From a virus (taxonomy: Duplodnaviria; Caudoviricetes), in IMG/VR virus record IMGVR_UViG_3300037183_000024, positions 1 through 43,983 of that record: a stretch of 43,983 bases of DNA; one strand, written 5' to 3'. The translations under genes and the position numbers were made by a program. Below are positions 8,674-16,478 of this stretch, piece after piece. The notes beneath the pieces were generated by a model. The model did not search any database and was not told the origin of the DNA. It saw only the letters and a list, made by a program, of their open reading frames with translations. Position 1 is the stretch's first letter. Every line of letters begins with the position of its first letter.

Positions 8674-9383
8674 CGACCGACATCCTCTACCTCACGCACG
8701 GGCGTCTTGAGTTCACGGAGGCGTCACTCGCGACCCTCGTCTTCCACACCGACTGGACGAAGGTCAACGAGTTCGTCGTCTACAACGACTCGACCCCGGA
8801 GAAGGACGGCGCGACCGACACGCTCGTCAGGAAGCTCGCCGGGCACCTGCCCCAGGTGCAGTTCCGCAACACGAACCTGCATTCGCCCGTCGGGGTGATG
8901 TCGCACTTCCTCGCCCGGACGAGCGCCGACCGCTTCGCCAAGATCGACAACGACGTGATCGTCCCCGACGGCTGGCTCAACGCGCTGACCCAGATCATGG
9001 ACGACCACCCGGAGGTCGAGCTGCTCGGCACCGAGATCGGCTACGGCGGTTCGCCGCTTCCCGACTGGGACGGCCGCTTCGGCGTCGTGCGCTCGTCGCA
9101 CATCGGTGGGATCGGCCTGATGAACGTCGGGGCGTTCCGCAACCGCGTCCCGTTCATCGCGAACGGGCGCTTCGGCTTCACCGAGTGGCAGCACCAGCAG
9201 GAGGTCGGCGCGTACTGGGTCACTCCCGACATGCCGATCTTCCTCCTCGACCGCATCCCGGTCGAGCCGTGGGCGAGCCTCTCGGCCCGCTACGCGGAGG
9301 AGGGCGTCAGCCGTCGCGACTGGGAGAAACTCGACCCGCGCGATGCGAACTGCTGGGAATGGTGGACGGGAGCGCACGAGTGA
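8670..9383 (+). CDS. GT2-like glycosyltransferase
   Basis: 'ILYLTHGR..FT..SL', 'VVYNDST', 'FAKIDNDVIVPDGWL'. Confidence 0.85.
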   Translation: MTTDILYLTHGRLEFTEASLATLVFHTDWTKVNEFVVYNDSTPEKDGATDTLVRKLAGHLPQVQFRNTNLHSPVGVMSHFLARTSADRFAKIDNDVIVPDGWLNALTQIMDDHPEVELLGTEIGYGGSPLPDWDGRFGVVRSSHIGGIGLMNVGAFRNRVPFIANGRFGFTEWQHQQEVGAYWVTPDMPIFLLDRIPVEPWASLSARYAEEGVSRRDWEKLDPRDANCWEWWTGAHE

Positions 9384-10141
9384 ACCTCGTCGCGATGATG
9401 GTGGTGCGCAACGAGGCCGACCGCTACCTCGTCCCGTGCCTCCAGCACCTTCGGGAGTTCGTCGATGAGATCGCGATCCTCGACGATGCCTCCACCGACG
9501 GCTCCCACGAGATCGCCGTCAACGAGGGCGCGAAGGTGCTCCAGCAGGACTCGTCGACCTTCTACGTGAACGAGGGCTGGACGAGACAGCAGCTTCTCGA
9601 CTGGACGATGAGTTTCGACCCGACCCATGTGCTCGCGATCGACGCAGACGAGTTCGTCGTGGACGGCCCCGGGGTCAAGGAGCGGATCGAGGAGGCCGGG
9701 CTGGGGTCGCTGAACATGAGGGAGGTCTGGGGGGCGGGCGAAGACCACCTGGACATCCGCCAGGATGGCGGGTGGCGCGAGCATCCCGTCCCGGTGATCT
9801 TCGACGTGCCCGCCGACCACTGGACGAACCGCCAGATCAGGCGGCACTGGAAGATCCCGGAGCGCAAACTCGCGTGCGGGCGCATCCCGGTCTACAGCGC
9901 CCTGCGAGGCAACCGGGGCGGTAACCCGACGATCGGCGAGATCCTCCACTTCGGCTGGGCGAACGTCGCTGATCGTGATGCCAGGTATCAGCGATACGTT
10001 GAACACGATGGCGGCGAGCACCATGCCGGTTCGCATCTGGAGTCGATCATGTGGCCCGACGAGCGCGTCAGCTTGAGTGCGCGAGACTGGGACGGGGTAC
10101 CGTTCAAGGACATGCTTCTCGCGAGGGCATCCAGGCCATGA
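9380..10141 (+). CDS. GT2-like glycosyltransferase
   Basis: 'MMVVRNEA', 'ILDDASTDGS', 'LAIDADE', 'ILHFG'. Confidence 0.9.
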   Translation: MNLVAMMVVRNEADRYLVPCLQHLREFVDEIAILDDASTDGSHEIAVNEGAKVLQQDSSTFYVNEGWTRQQLLDWTMSFDPTHVLAIDADEFVVDGPGVKERIEEAGLGSLNMREVWGAGEDHLDIRQDGGWREHPVPVIFDVPADHWTNRQIRRHWKIPERKLACGRIPVYSALRGNRGGNPTIGEILHFGWANVADRDARYQRYVEHDGGEHHAGSHLESIMWPDERVSLSARDWDGVPFKDMLLARASRP

Positions 10142-10464
10142 AAACGCCCGACTGGTGGGTCGCTCTCCTCCTTTTCGGCGGGGCGTTTCGCGTCTATCGG
10201 CTGATCGCGAAGGACGTGATCCTCGACCGGCCGCGCGCCTTCCTCCTCGGGCTGGGCGAGTGGAGGCCCGGAACGCCCACACCCGCGACCTACCGGGAGC
10301 ATCTCGCCGAGTTCGTCACCTGCCCGTGGTGCATGGGCCTCTGGGTGACGCTGGGCTGGTGGCTTGCCTGGCAGCAGTGGCCGCACGCGGTGACGGTCGT
10401 CTCTGTCCCCCTCGCCATCAACACGGCCGTCGGCCTGGTCGCGAAACTCGACTCTGACGACTGA
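10138..10464 (+). CDS. DUF1360-like membrane protein
   Basis: 'R..RLI..D.I....R' and 'TCPWCMGLWV'; this family is commonly beside actinophage portals. Confidence 0.75.
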   Translation: MKTPDWWVALLLFGGAFRVYRLIAKDVILDRPRAFLLGLGEWRPGTPTPATYREHLAEFVTCPWCMGLWVTLGWWLAWQQWPHAVTVVSVPLAINTAVGLVAKLDSDD

Positions 10465-10467
10465 GCC

Positions 10468-10490
10468 GCGTCCGTTTGCGTGGTTATGCT
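10468..10490 (+). promoter_or_regulatory. Putative late promoter GCGTCCG-N10-TATGCT
   Basis: Intergenic; same boxes, spacing and following CGG as the site at 34475. Confidence 0.65.
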
Positions 10491-10529
10491 CGGCCCCAGT
10501 AGGGACGACGACCACGAAGGGACGCGATC

Positions 10530-10658
10530 ATGGGGTGTGGGTGCAAGCAGAACAGGCTGAGGGCCGCGGCTGAGGCGAAGGCCGCAGAGCAGGCAGCAGC
10601 AGCGCAGGCCGCTCAGGAGCAGCAGCAGCAGCAGGTCAACGCCCAGCAGGGCGAGTAA
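10530..10658 (+). CDS. 42-aa 'MGCGCK' peptide with Ala/Gln-rich tail (not in the ORF track)
   Basis: AAGGGA RBS; MGCGCKQNRLRAAAEAKAAEQAAAAQAAQEQQQQQVNAQQGE*. Confidence 0.7.
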   Translation: MGCGCKQNRLRAAAEAKAAEQAAAAQAAQEQQQQQVNAQQGE

Positions 10659-10663
10659 CCACC

Positions 10664-12481
10664 TTGCAGCTTCCAGCCACTCGGCGCTCTCGGCGCTCGC
10701 TGGCGGCCGCCGCGACACGGGTCACCGCGAGCAACGCGGGCGCGTACACCCGGCGGCTCGCGATGCCGTGGCAGACACGGGCGCTCTTCTACTCGCTCTC
10801 GATCGGGGAGCTGAACTACGCCTCGAACTTCTACTCGCGGATGCTGCAACGGCTGAAGATCTACCCGGCCACCCGCCACTCGGACGATTCGATCACCCCG
10901 ATCGACACGGGGGCACCGGTTGATCTGCTTAACCGGATTCAGGACCCGGGCGGGGGCCGCACCGCGATCCTCGGCAAGTACGGGCGCCTGATGATGGTGA
11001 CCGGCGAGGGATACCTATTCGGGCGGGGCATCGACACGGGCGACCCGGAGACGTGGTCGTTCGTCTGGCGGGAAGAGCTGCGCTTCGACGACGACGGCGT
11101 GGTCACCCATGTCCTCTCGCCGAACGTGCCCTACGAGAACTACGAGCTGACCGACGCCACCTACGAGGAGATCCCATCAGGCTCGGCGGTCGCCTACCGG
11201 ATGTGGACGCCGAACCCGCGCTTCAGCGGCTGGCCGACCTCGCCGTTCCAGGCGATCCTGGAGGAGGCGGAGGAGCTGCTCGTGCTTTCGCGCTCGGTGC
11301 TCGCGACCGCGACCTCAAGGCTAGTGCGCTCGCCGCTGCTGATCGTGCCGGAGGAGATCGCCCCGGCCCCCATCACCCCGCTCGGCGACGAGGACCCGCT
11401 CAACGACCCGTTCCTGCGCCAGTTCGTCGCGCATCTCGAAGCCGCGATCGACGACCCGGCCGCAGCGGGTTCGCTCGCCCCCTACGTCCTTTACGCGGCC
11501 TCCGAGTGGGCCGACAAGATCAAGCCGATCTGGCTGCACAACACCGACACCGACTACATGGAGCGCGACCTGCGTACCGAGTGCATCCGTCGGATCGCTC
11601 GGGGCCTCGACCTCCCACCCGAGGTCGTGGAAGGCATGTCGGACGCGAACCACTGGGCCGCCTGGTGGATCTCCGACGATATGTGGCGCTCGCATGGCGC
11701 CCCGATCGCCGAGCAGTTCTGCGACGACCTCTCCGAGGCGTATCTGCGTCCGGCGCTGCGCGAGATCGGCTACGAGGACTGGCGCGACGTGGTCGTCGCC
11801 TACGACGCCTCCGCCGTGGTCGTCAACCCCGACCGCTCGAAGGACGCCGACCAGGCGTGGGATCGCGGCGCGATCAACTACAACGCTTACCGCACCGCCA
11901 AGAACTTCAACGCCTCCGACGCGCAGACCGACGAGGAGCACGCGGAGTGGCTGGCGATCAAGAAGGTCATCCTTGCGCCCGACGGGACGCCGCTGCCCGA
12001 CACGGGTGCCGGTGCCGGTATCCCGGCAGCGAAGGCCGTCGAGACGGGCGACAACCCCGGCGACCAGCCTGGCGCTCCGGCCGGGCAGCCAGGGCCGGTG
12101 TCTGAGTCGACGGGCCTGCCCGCGTCGGCCGCGAAGTTCCAGGGCGCAGCAGAGCTGGCGCTCCTGCGTTGCCGCGAGTTGGCGGGGTCGCGGATTCGGT
12201 CGCGACGAAAGTCGTGTCCGCACTGCCTCGACGGCGTCGCGCACCTGCCCAACCCGCTCGTTGCTTCCGGGCTGGGAAGGGCGGGCCTGGAGCCTTTGGG
12301 TTCACCCGAGCCGCGCGACCTCGTCGCCGGAGGCACCGACTCGCTGAAGGCCCTCCTGCTCTCCTGGGGTTACGACGAGAAGGACGCCGACACCGTCTGC
12401 GGCTTCATCGAGCTGCACGCGGCCCGGACGCTCTTCACAGCGAATCCCCAGATCCCCGAATCGTTCCACGCGGTGTCGTGA
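10664..12481 (+). CDS. Portal protein
   Basis: Size and position; 'WQ..A..Y..IGEL.YA', 'VTGEGYL', 'WTPNPR', 'RIARGLDLPPE...G...ANHW.AW' actinophage portal motifs. Confidence 0.88.
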   Translation: MQLPATRRSRRSLAAAATRVTASNAGAYTRRLAMPWQTRALFYSLSIGELNYASNFYSRMLQRLKIYPATRHSDDSITPIDTGAPVDLLNRIQDPGGGRTAILGKYGRLMMVTGEGYLFGRGIDTGDPETWSFVWREELRFDDDGVVTHVLSPNVPYENYELTDATYEEIPSGSAVAYRMWTPNPRFSGWPTSPFQAILEEAEELLVLSRSVLATATSRLVRSPLLIVPEEIAPAPITPLGDEDPLNDPFLRQFVAHLEAAIDDPAAAGSLAPYVLYAASEWADKIKPIWLHNTDTDYMERDLRTECIRRIARGLDLPPEVVEGMSDANHWAAWWISDDMWRSHGAPIAEQFCDDLSEAYLRPALREIGYEDWRDVVVAYDASAVVVNPDRSKDADQAWDRGAINYNAYRTAKNFNASDAQTDEEHAEWLAIKKVILAPDGTPLPDTGAGAGIPAAKAVETGDNPGDQPGAPAGQPGPVSESTGLPASAAKFQGAAELALLRCRELAGSRIRSRRKSCPHCLDGVAHLPNPLVASGLGRAGLEPLGSPEPRDLVAGGTDSLKALLLSWGYDEKDADTVCGFIELHAARTLFTANPQIPESFHAVS

Positions 12482-14547
12482 CGATCGATGAGCTGAACGC
12501 GCTCGTCCAGGACGCCTACGACGCGGCGTTCGCGTTCGAGACGCAACTCACCCGGATCTACCTCGTCGCGTTCGACCGCGCCGCGAAGAGCGCCTCGGAG
12601 AGCTTCCGCAGCCAGGCCGTCGTCGCGGCGGGCTTCGTCGCGCCGGACATCGACTCGCTCCATGCGGGGATGACGCAGCAGGAGGCCGACGACGCCGCGA
12701 GCGTGCGGCGCAAGGCCGCCGAGGCTGTCGCGGTCGCGCTTGCCGCGATCGGGCTGGGGGCGATCGGGACCGAGCTGATGGATGCGCTCGCGCTGCGCGG
12801 GGCCGAGAACTTCGACCTGGAGATTCTTCGTGTTCTGCGCCAGACGATCGACCAGGGCGTCCGTGAGGGCTGGTCGGTCGATCAGACGGCGCTCCAGATC
12901 CAGAAGGTGTTCGAGGGTGTCAGCCCGGCGACGGCGCAGCTTCTCGCGCAGACCGAGCTGACGACGCTCGTGAACGAGAGGGCGTTGCAGGCGGCGCTCT
13001 CCGTCAACGAGGCTTCCTCGAAGCCGCTTTACAAGACGTGGCGCACGAGGCTCGACGGTCGTGTGCGACCCGCACATCTCTCAACCGAGGGGCAGACCGT
13101 TCCGGTCGACCAGCCCTTCAACGTTGGTGGCTACTCGCTGATGTATCCCGGCGACACGGCCGCCCCCTTTCGGCTGGTGGCCCGTTGCCGCTGCCGGATG
13201 GACTACTCGACTTCACTGACCGCGTCCGCGGAGGAGGCTACTGTCATGGGCATGGAGACGAACGAGCTGACCGCAGGGCTGGTCGTCACGATCGAGGAAA
13301 CCGAGGACGAGAGTCCCGAGGAGGACGCTGGCGAGGGCGGCGTCGAGGAGCCGATGTCCTGGAAGGCGCTGCTCGCGATCGAGGGCCAGCCGACCGAGGA
13401 CGGGCGCCTGATCGACGTGGGTTCGCTCACCTGGCGCGATCTGCCGCTGTCGCTGATGGCGATGGACGAGACGGGGCCGGGCGGTCACGTCGGCGCCGAG
13501 GTCGCAGGCCGGATCGACAACATCTGGCGCGACGGCAACGAGATCTGGGCGGAGGGCGTGTTCTCCGACGGCGAGTTCGGCAAGAAGATCTGCTCGCTCG
13601 TCGCGGAGCAGTCGCTGCGAGGCAACTCGGTTGACCTCGCCGTGCTCCAGTCCGAGTACCGCAACGCCGACACCGGGGCGCCGCTCACCGAGGAAGAGCT
13701 GATGGACGCCTTCTTCGGCGACGAGATCCCGATCCTGTTCGTCGTCACCGAAGGGGTCATCCTTGCCTCGACGGTGTGCCCGACTCCCGCCATCGCCGGG
13801 GCCGAGATCATGCTGGCCTCCGGGACGGTGCGAATGACCTTCCAGTTCGTCGAGCGCGACGCGATCACCGCGTCGGCGGCGGGCCTCGCGCCCCTGCATC
13901 CGCCCCTCGACTGGTTCAGCAACCCAGGTCTGACTGGACCGACCCCGCTGACCGTAACGAAAGACGGTCGGGTATACGGGCATGCGGCACTCTGGAACTC
14001 CTGCCACATTGGAGAGCCACACGGGCCTGGGATTTGTGTGCCACCCCCGAGGTCGGAGATGCAGTATGAGATCTTCCATCACGGGGCAGTCGAGACGGCC
14101 GAGGGCATCGACGTGCCTTGCGGCCAGATCACGATGTCGACGCTTCACGCGGGTCGCGACCTCAACTGGAAGGCGACGCTCCAGCACTACGAGAACTCGG
14201 GCATCGCCGTCGCCGACGTGGCGGCCGGTGAGGATCGCTACGGGATCTGGGTGTCGGGCGGCCTGCGTCCTGACATTCCGGCCGAGCGTGTCCGCGAACT
14301 GAAGGCCGGGGCGCTGTCAGGCGACTGGCGCCAGGTGCTCGGGCGGGGGCTGGAGTTCATCGCGGCGCTCGTCGTCAACATCCCCGGCTTTCCGATCCCC
14401 AGGCCCGAGGCGCGTGTCGTTGCGTCCGCCGCCGGGGAGGAGGAAGTGCTCGCGCTCGTCGCGGCCGGTGTCGTGACGGACGAGGACGTGGAGGGGATGA
14501 CCCGGCAGGAGTACCTCCGCAAGATCGAGATGCTCACGGCCGAGTAG
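12478..14547 (+). CDS. MuF-like minor head protein fused to capsid maturation protease
   Basis: MuF: 'AQTE', 'KTW.TRLDGRVRPAH...GQTV..DQPF.VGG..LMYPGD...CRC'. Protease region: 'EG..TEDGR', 'H.GAEVAGRID', 'GNSVDL', 'GRVYGHAALW..CH', 'SGDWR'. Confidence 0.85.
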   Translation: MTIDELNALVQDAYDAAFAFETQLTRIYLVAFDRAAKSASESFRSQAVVAAGFVAPDIDSLHAGMTQQEADDAASVRRKAAEAVAVALAAIGLGAIGTELMDALALRGAENFDLEILRVLRQTIDQGVREGWSVDQTALQIQKVFEGVSPATAQLLAQTELTTLVNERALQAALSVNEASSKPLYKTWRTRLDGRVRPAHLSTEGQTVPVDQPFNVGGYSLMYPGDTAAPFRLVARCRCRMDYSTSLTASAEEATVMGMETNELTAGLVVTIEETEDESPEEDAGEGGVEEPMSWKALLAIEGQPTEDGRLIDVGSLTWRDLPLSLMAMDETGPGGHVGAEVAGRIDNIWRDGNEIWAEGVFSDGEFGKKICSLVAEQSLRGNSVDLAVLQSEYRNADTGAPLTEEELMDAFFGDEIPILFVVTEGVILASTVCPTPAIAGAEIMLASGTVRMTFQFVERDAITASAAGLAPLHPPLDWFSNPGLTGPTPLTVTKDGRVYGHAALWNSCHIGEPHGPGICVPPPRSEMQYEIFHHGAVETAEGIDVPCGQITMSTLHAGRDLNWKATLQHYENSGIAVADVAAGEDRYGIWVSGGLRPDIPAERVRELKAGALSGDWRQVLGRGLEFIAALVVNIPGFPIPRPEARVVASAAGEEEVLALVAAGVVTDEDVEGMTRQEYLRKIEMLTAE
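13222..13244 (+). promoter_or_regulatory. Intragenic promoter-like motif GCGTCCG-N10-TACTGT plus RBS
   Basis: At the MuF/protease boundary; in-frame ATGs at 13246 and 13252; GAGGAGG at 13231-13237. Confidence 0.55.
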
Positions 14548-14888
14548 TGGCGAACCCTCGCGGCCCGGCGTTGTACGTCCTCCCGGGCAACAACCCGGGC
14601 CTGCTTGTCCCGGGCAACATCAACCTGCTGGCGCGACCGAAGGTGCACTACCACGGGTCGATCGCGACGGTGCGCTCGATCACGATCGGTCCCGAGGACG
14701 GCGGCACGTTCATCCTGTTGCCGACGGTCATCTACTGGTCGTCGGCGTGGCGTGTCGTCCCCGACTCGGTCGCGGAGCAGCATTTCCAGAGAACGCACCA
14801 TCATCTCGGCATCTTCTCGTCGAACGCGAACGCCGAGTCGTATGCGAAGCGACTTCACCGCCAGCAGGCCGCCTACTACCACGTGTGA
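14547..14888 (+). CDS. Hypothetical protein resembling a domain of phage virion proteins
   Basis: 'GNINL..RP.V...GSIATVRSI...LLPTV...HLGIF...A..YA..LH.QQ' (recognised from memory). Confidence 0.7.
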   Translation: MANPRGPALYVLPGNNPGLLVPGNINLLARPKVHYHGSIATVRSITIGPEDGGTFILLPTVIYWSSAWRVVPDSVAEQHFQRTHHHLGIFSSNANAESYAKRLHRQQAAYYHV

Positions 14889-14906
14889 GGGCGCTATACT
14901 TACGCC

Positions 14907-15030
14907 ACGAGAAGGCAGAGAGAGGGAGGGCTTCGGCCCCAGCCCTCTTGCGTCAGGCTGGGGCCTACGGGAACCAGGTCCCAGCCAACACTTCGAGCCG
15001 TCTTCCTTTGCGGGCTAGGCGGCTCGTTGT
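14907..15030 (+). ncRNA. Candidate small structured RNA
   Basis: -10 TATACT at 14895-14900, three consecutive hairpins (one with a cUUCGg loop), no convincing ORF, last hairpin followed by TTGT. Confidence 0.45.
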
Positions 15031-15048
15031 GCGTCTAGGCTCAGAATC

Positions 15049-15702
15049 GTGATCCACTGCCGCGTCCAGTCGCACCCGTCGCGTCGGGGCATCCGGGAGC
15101 GTCTGTTGCCCGGCCTGGAGGGGATGCCGGTCGAGGTCATCGAGACGGACTTCGATCCGCCGAACCCGTGGCACGGGTACATCGAGTGCTTGCGCGACCC
15201 GCCCGCTGATGCGACGCACTTGCTGATCGTCCAGGACGACACAATCACTTGCAAGAACGTTGTGCGCGCCCTACCTTTGCTGGCGGCGCTGCCGGAGGGT
15301 GAGCATCCGATCTGCCTCTACCTGGGCGGCCTGCCGATGCGCACGCGCGGTGAGGCGCTCCGGGCGGGCGCGCGAGGCGAACGCTTCGTCGATGTTCACC
15401 AGGGCGATTTCATGCCCGTCGTGGCCGTCCTGTGGCCCGTCGACAAGGCCGCAGACTTCCTTGAGTGGGGCACCCACCCAGACCGGCTCCGGCAGAAGAA
15501 CGGCAGGGTCTTCGTTGAACGCAGCGACGACGCGATGGGTGGCCGGTGGATGCGCCAGCGCCGCCAACGGGTGCTCGCGACGATCCCGTCGCTGATCGAG
15601 CATCCCGACGATGTGATCTCAACGATCGCGCGCACGAACGCGGGCCGTACCGCGCTTTTCTGGCATGGCACCGAATGGGATGCCCTGAACTTCTTCGCCT
15701 AG
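15049..15702 (+). CDS. GT-A-like glycosyltransferase
   Basis: 'HPSR', 'THLLIVQDD', 'SDDAMG', 'PSLIEH'; TAGGCT -10 lies 7 nt before the GTG (leaderless). Confidence 0.7.
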   Translation: MIHCRVQSHPSRRGIRERLLPGLEGMPVEVIETDFDPPNPWHGYIECLRDPPADATHLLIVQDDTITCKNVVRALPLLAALPEGEHPICLYLGGLPMRTRGEALRAGARGERFVDVHQGDFMPVVAVLWPVDKAADFLEWGTHPDRLRQKNGRVFVERSDDAMGGRWMRQRRQRVLATIPSLIEHPDDVISTIARTNAGRTALFWHGTEWDALNFFA

Positions 15703-15951
15703 AAAGTTGCGTTTTGCAGGGGTTTTCTCCACCTAGTAACTAGTATTCTGAGTAACCGCTAATCGCTTGATTACTCGACTGCTCTGCGCTCTTACGCGGG
15801 TCACTCCGTGACCCGCGGCCGGGTCCCCGACCTTGTTCCGTAGTCGTCACGTCGCGTTCAGTCTTGCGTGTGGGTTTGATCTCCCACCAGGCTGCTCAAT
15901 GCAGCCGCTACGGGTGAGCCGACCCTACCGCTGGCCCATATCCCGGAGAGG
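15703..15951. other. Non-coding, hairpin-dense, locally AT-richer region
   Basis: Inverted repeats CGCGGGTCAC-TCC-GTGACCCGCG, GAGTAA...TTACTC, GGCTGC-TCAAT-GCAGCC and GTGGG...CCCAC. Confidence 0.55.
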
Positions 15952-16203
15952 TCACTTCCTCTTTGGGGGCAGCGTGTGAACGATGAAGGTGCGCCCGTCG
16001 CGCTCGATGGTTGAGGTCTTCGCGTTGGCGAGGATGCGTTGCCCGGCTCCCTTGCGACGCTCGGTAGCGCCGAGCACGCGGCAGGCCGAGCACTTCCACC
16101 CCGCCTTGAGTTTGCGCCATCCCTCGTCGTCCGCCTCGCGGATGACTCGGCAGCCGACACAGATGACGACTGGGGGGAATGGCCTCTCGCTTCTACTGGA
16201 CAA
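15952..16203 (-). CDS. Zinc-ribbon protein, antisense to the structural operon
   Basis: CVGC...WKCSAC; GGAGG RBS 6 nt before TTG; its own sigma70-type promoter. Confidence 0.7.
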   Translation of the reverse strand: MSSRSERPFPPVVICVGCRVIREADDEGWRKLKAGWKCSACRVLGATERRKGAGQRILANAKTSTIERDGRTFIVHTLPPKRK

Positions 16204-16278
16204 ACGTGACCTCCGCCTGGCGTGCAGTCCGCCCGGGGTGTTACGCTTGCCGGGCTGCTTACTTTTCTGGCGAGAGGG

Positions 16279-16316
16279 AGCATGGAGTTCGGGGGGCCGC
16301 CTGTCAAGGGCGGCCC
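16279..16316 (-). promoter_or_regulatory. Sigma70-type promoter TTGACA-N17-CATGCT with an inverted repeat over the -35
   Basis: On the + strand AGCATG at 16279-16284 and TGTCAA at 16302-16307; GGGCCGCC (16294-16301) and GGCGGCCC (16309-16316) flank the -35. Confidence 0.7.
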
Positions 16317-16347
16317 TTCGTATTTCTCCCGCAATTTGCGTAGACCC

Positions 16348-16375
16348 TTGCCATGTCCGCGAGTCTCTGTACGGT
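16348..16375 (+). promoter_or_regulatory. Putative capsid promoter TGTCCG-N10-TACGGT (with TTGCCA upstream)
   Basis: Same motif spacing as the other late sites; about 100-nt structured leader before the capsid ATG. Confidence 0.55.
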
Positions 16376-16478
16376 GACTTTCAGCAAGCGGGCCAGTGCG
16401 TAGCACGCTGTTTGCAAGCCGGGTCAGCTCGACCTCCAGGCGCGACACCGTTTCACGTCAACCCAGAGGGAGAGCAAC

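Noticed and set aside
12169-12477. Upstream extensions of ORF-track calls (e.g. 12169, 4809, 7643, 25726, 33654)
   Set aside because: The extensions overlap real upstream genes out of frame; true starts were placed at the GTGA/ATGA/TGATG couplings.
14907-15030. tRNA gene
   Set aside because: Hairpins are present but there is no cloverleaf, T-loop consensus or acceptor stem.
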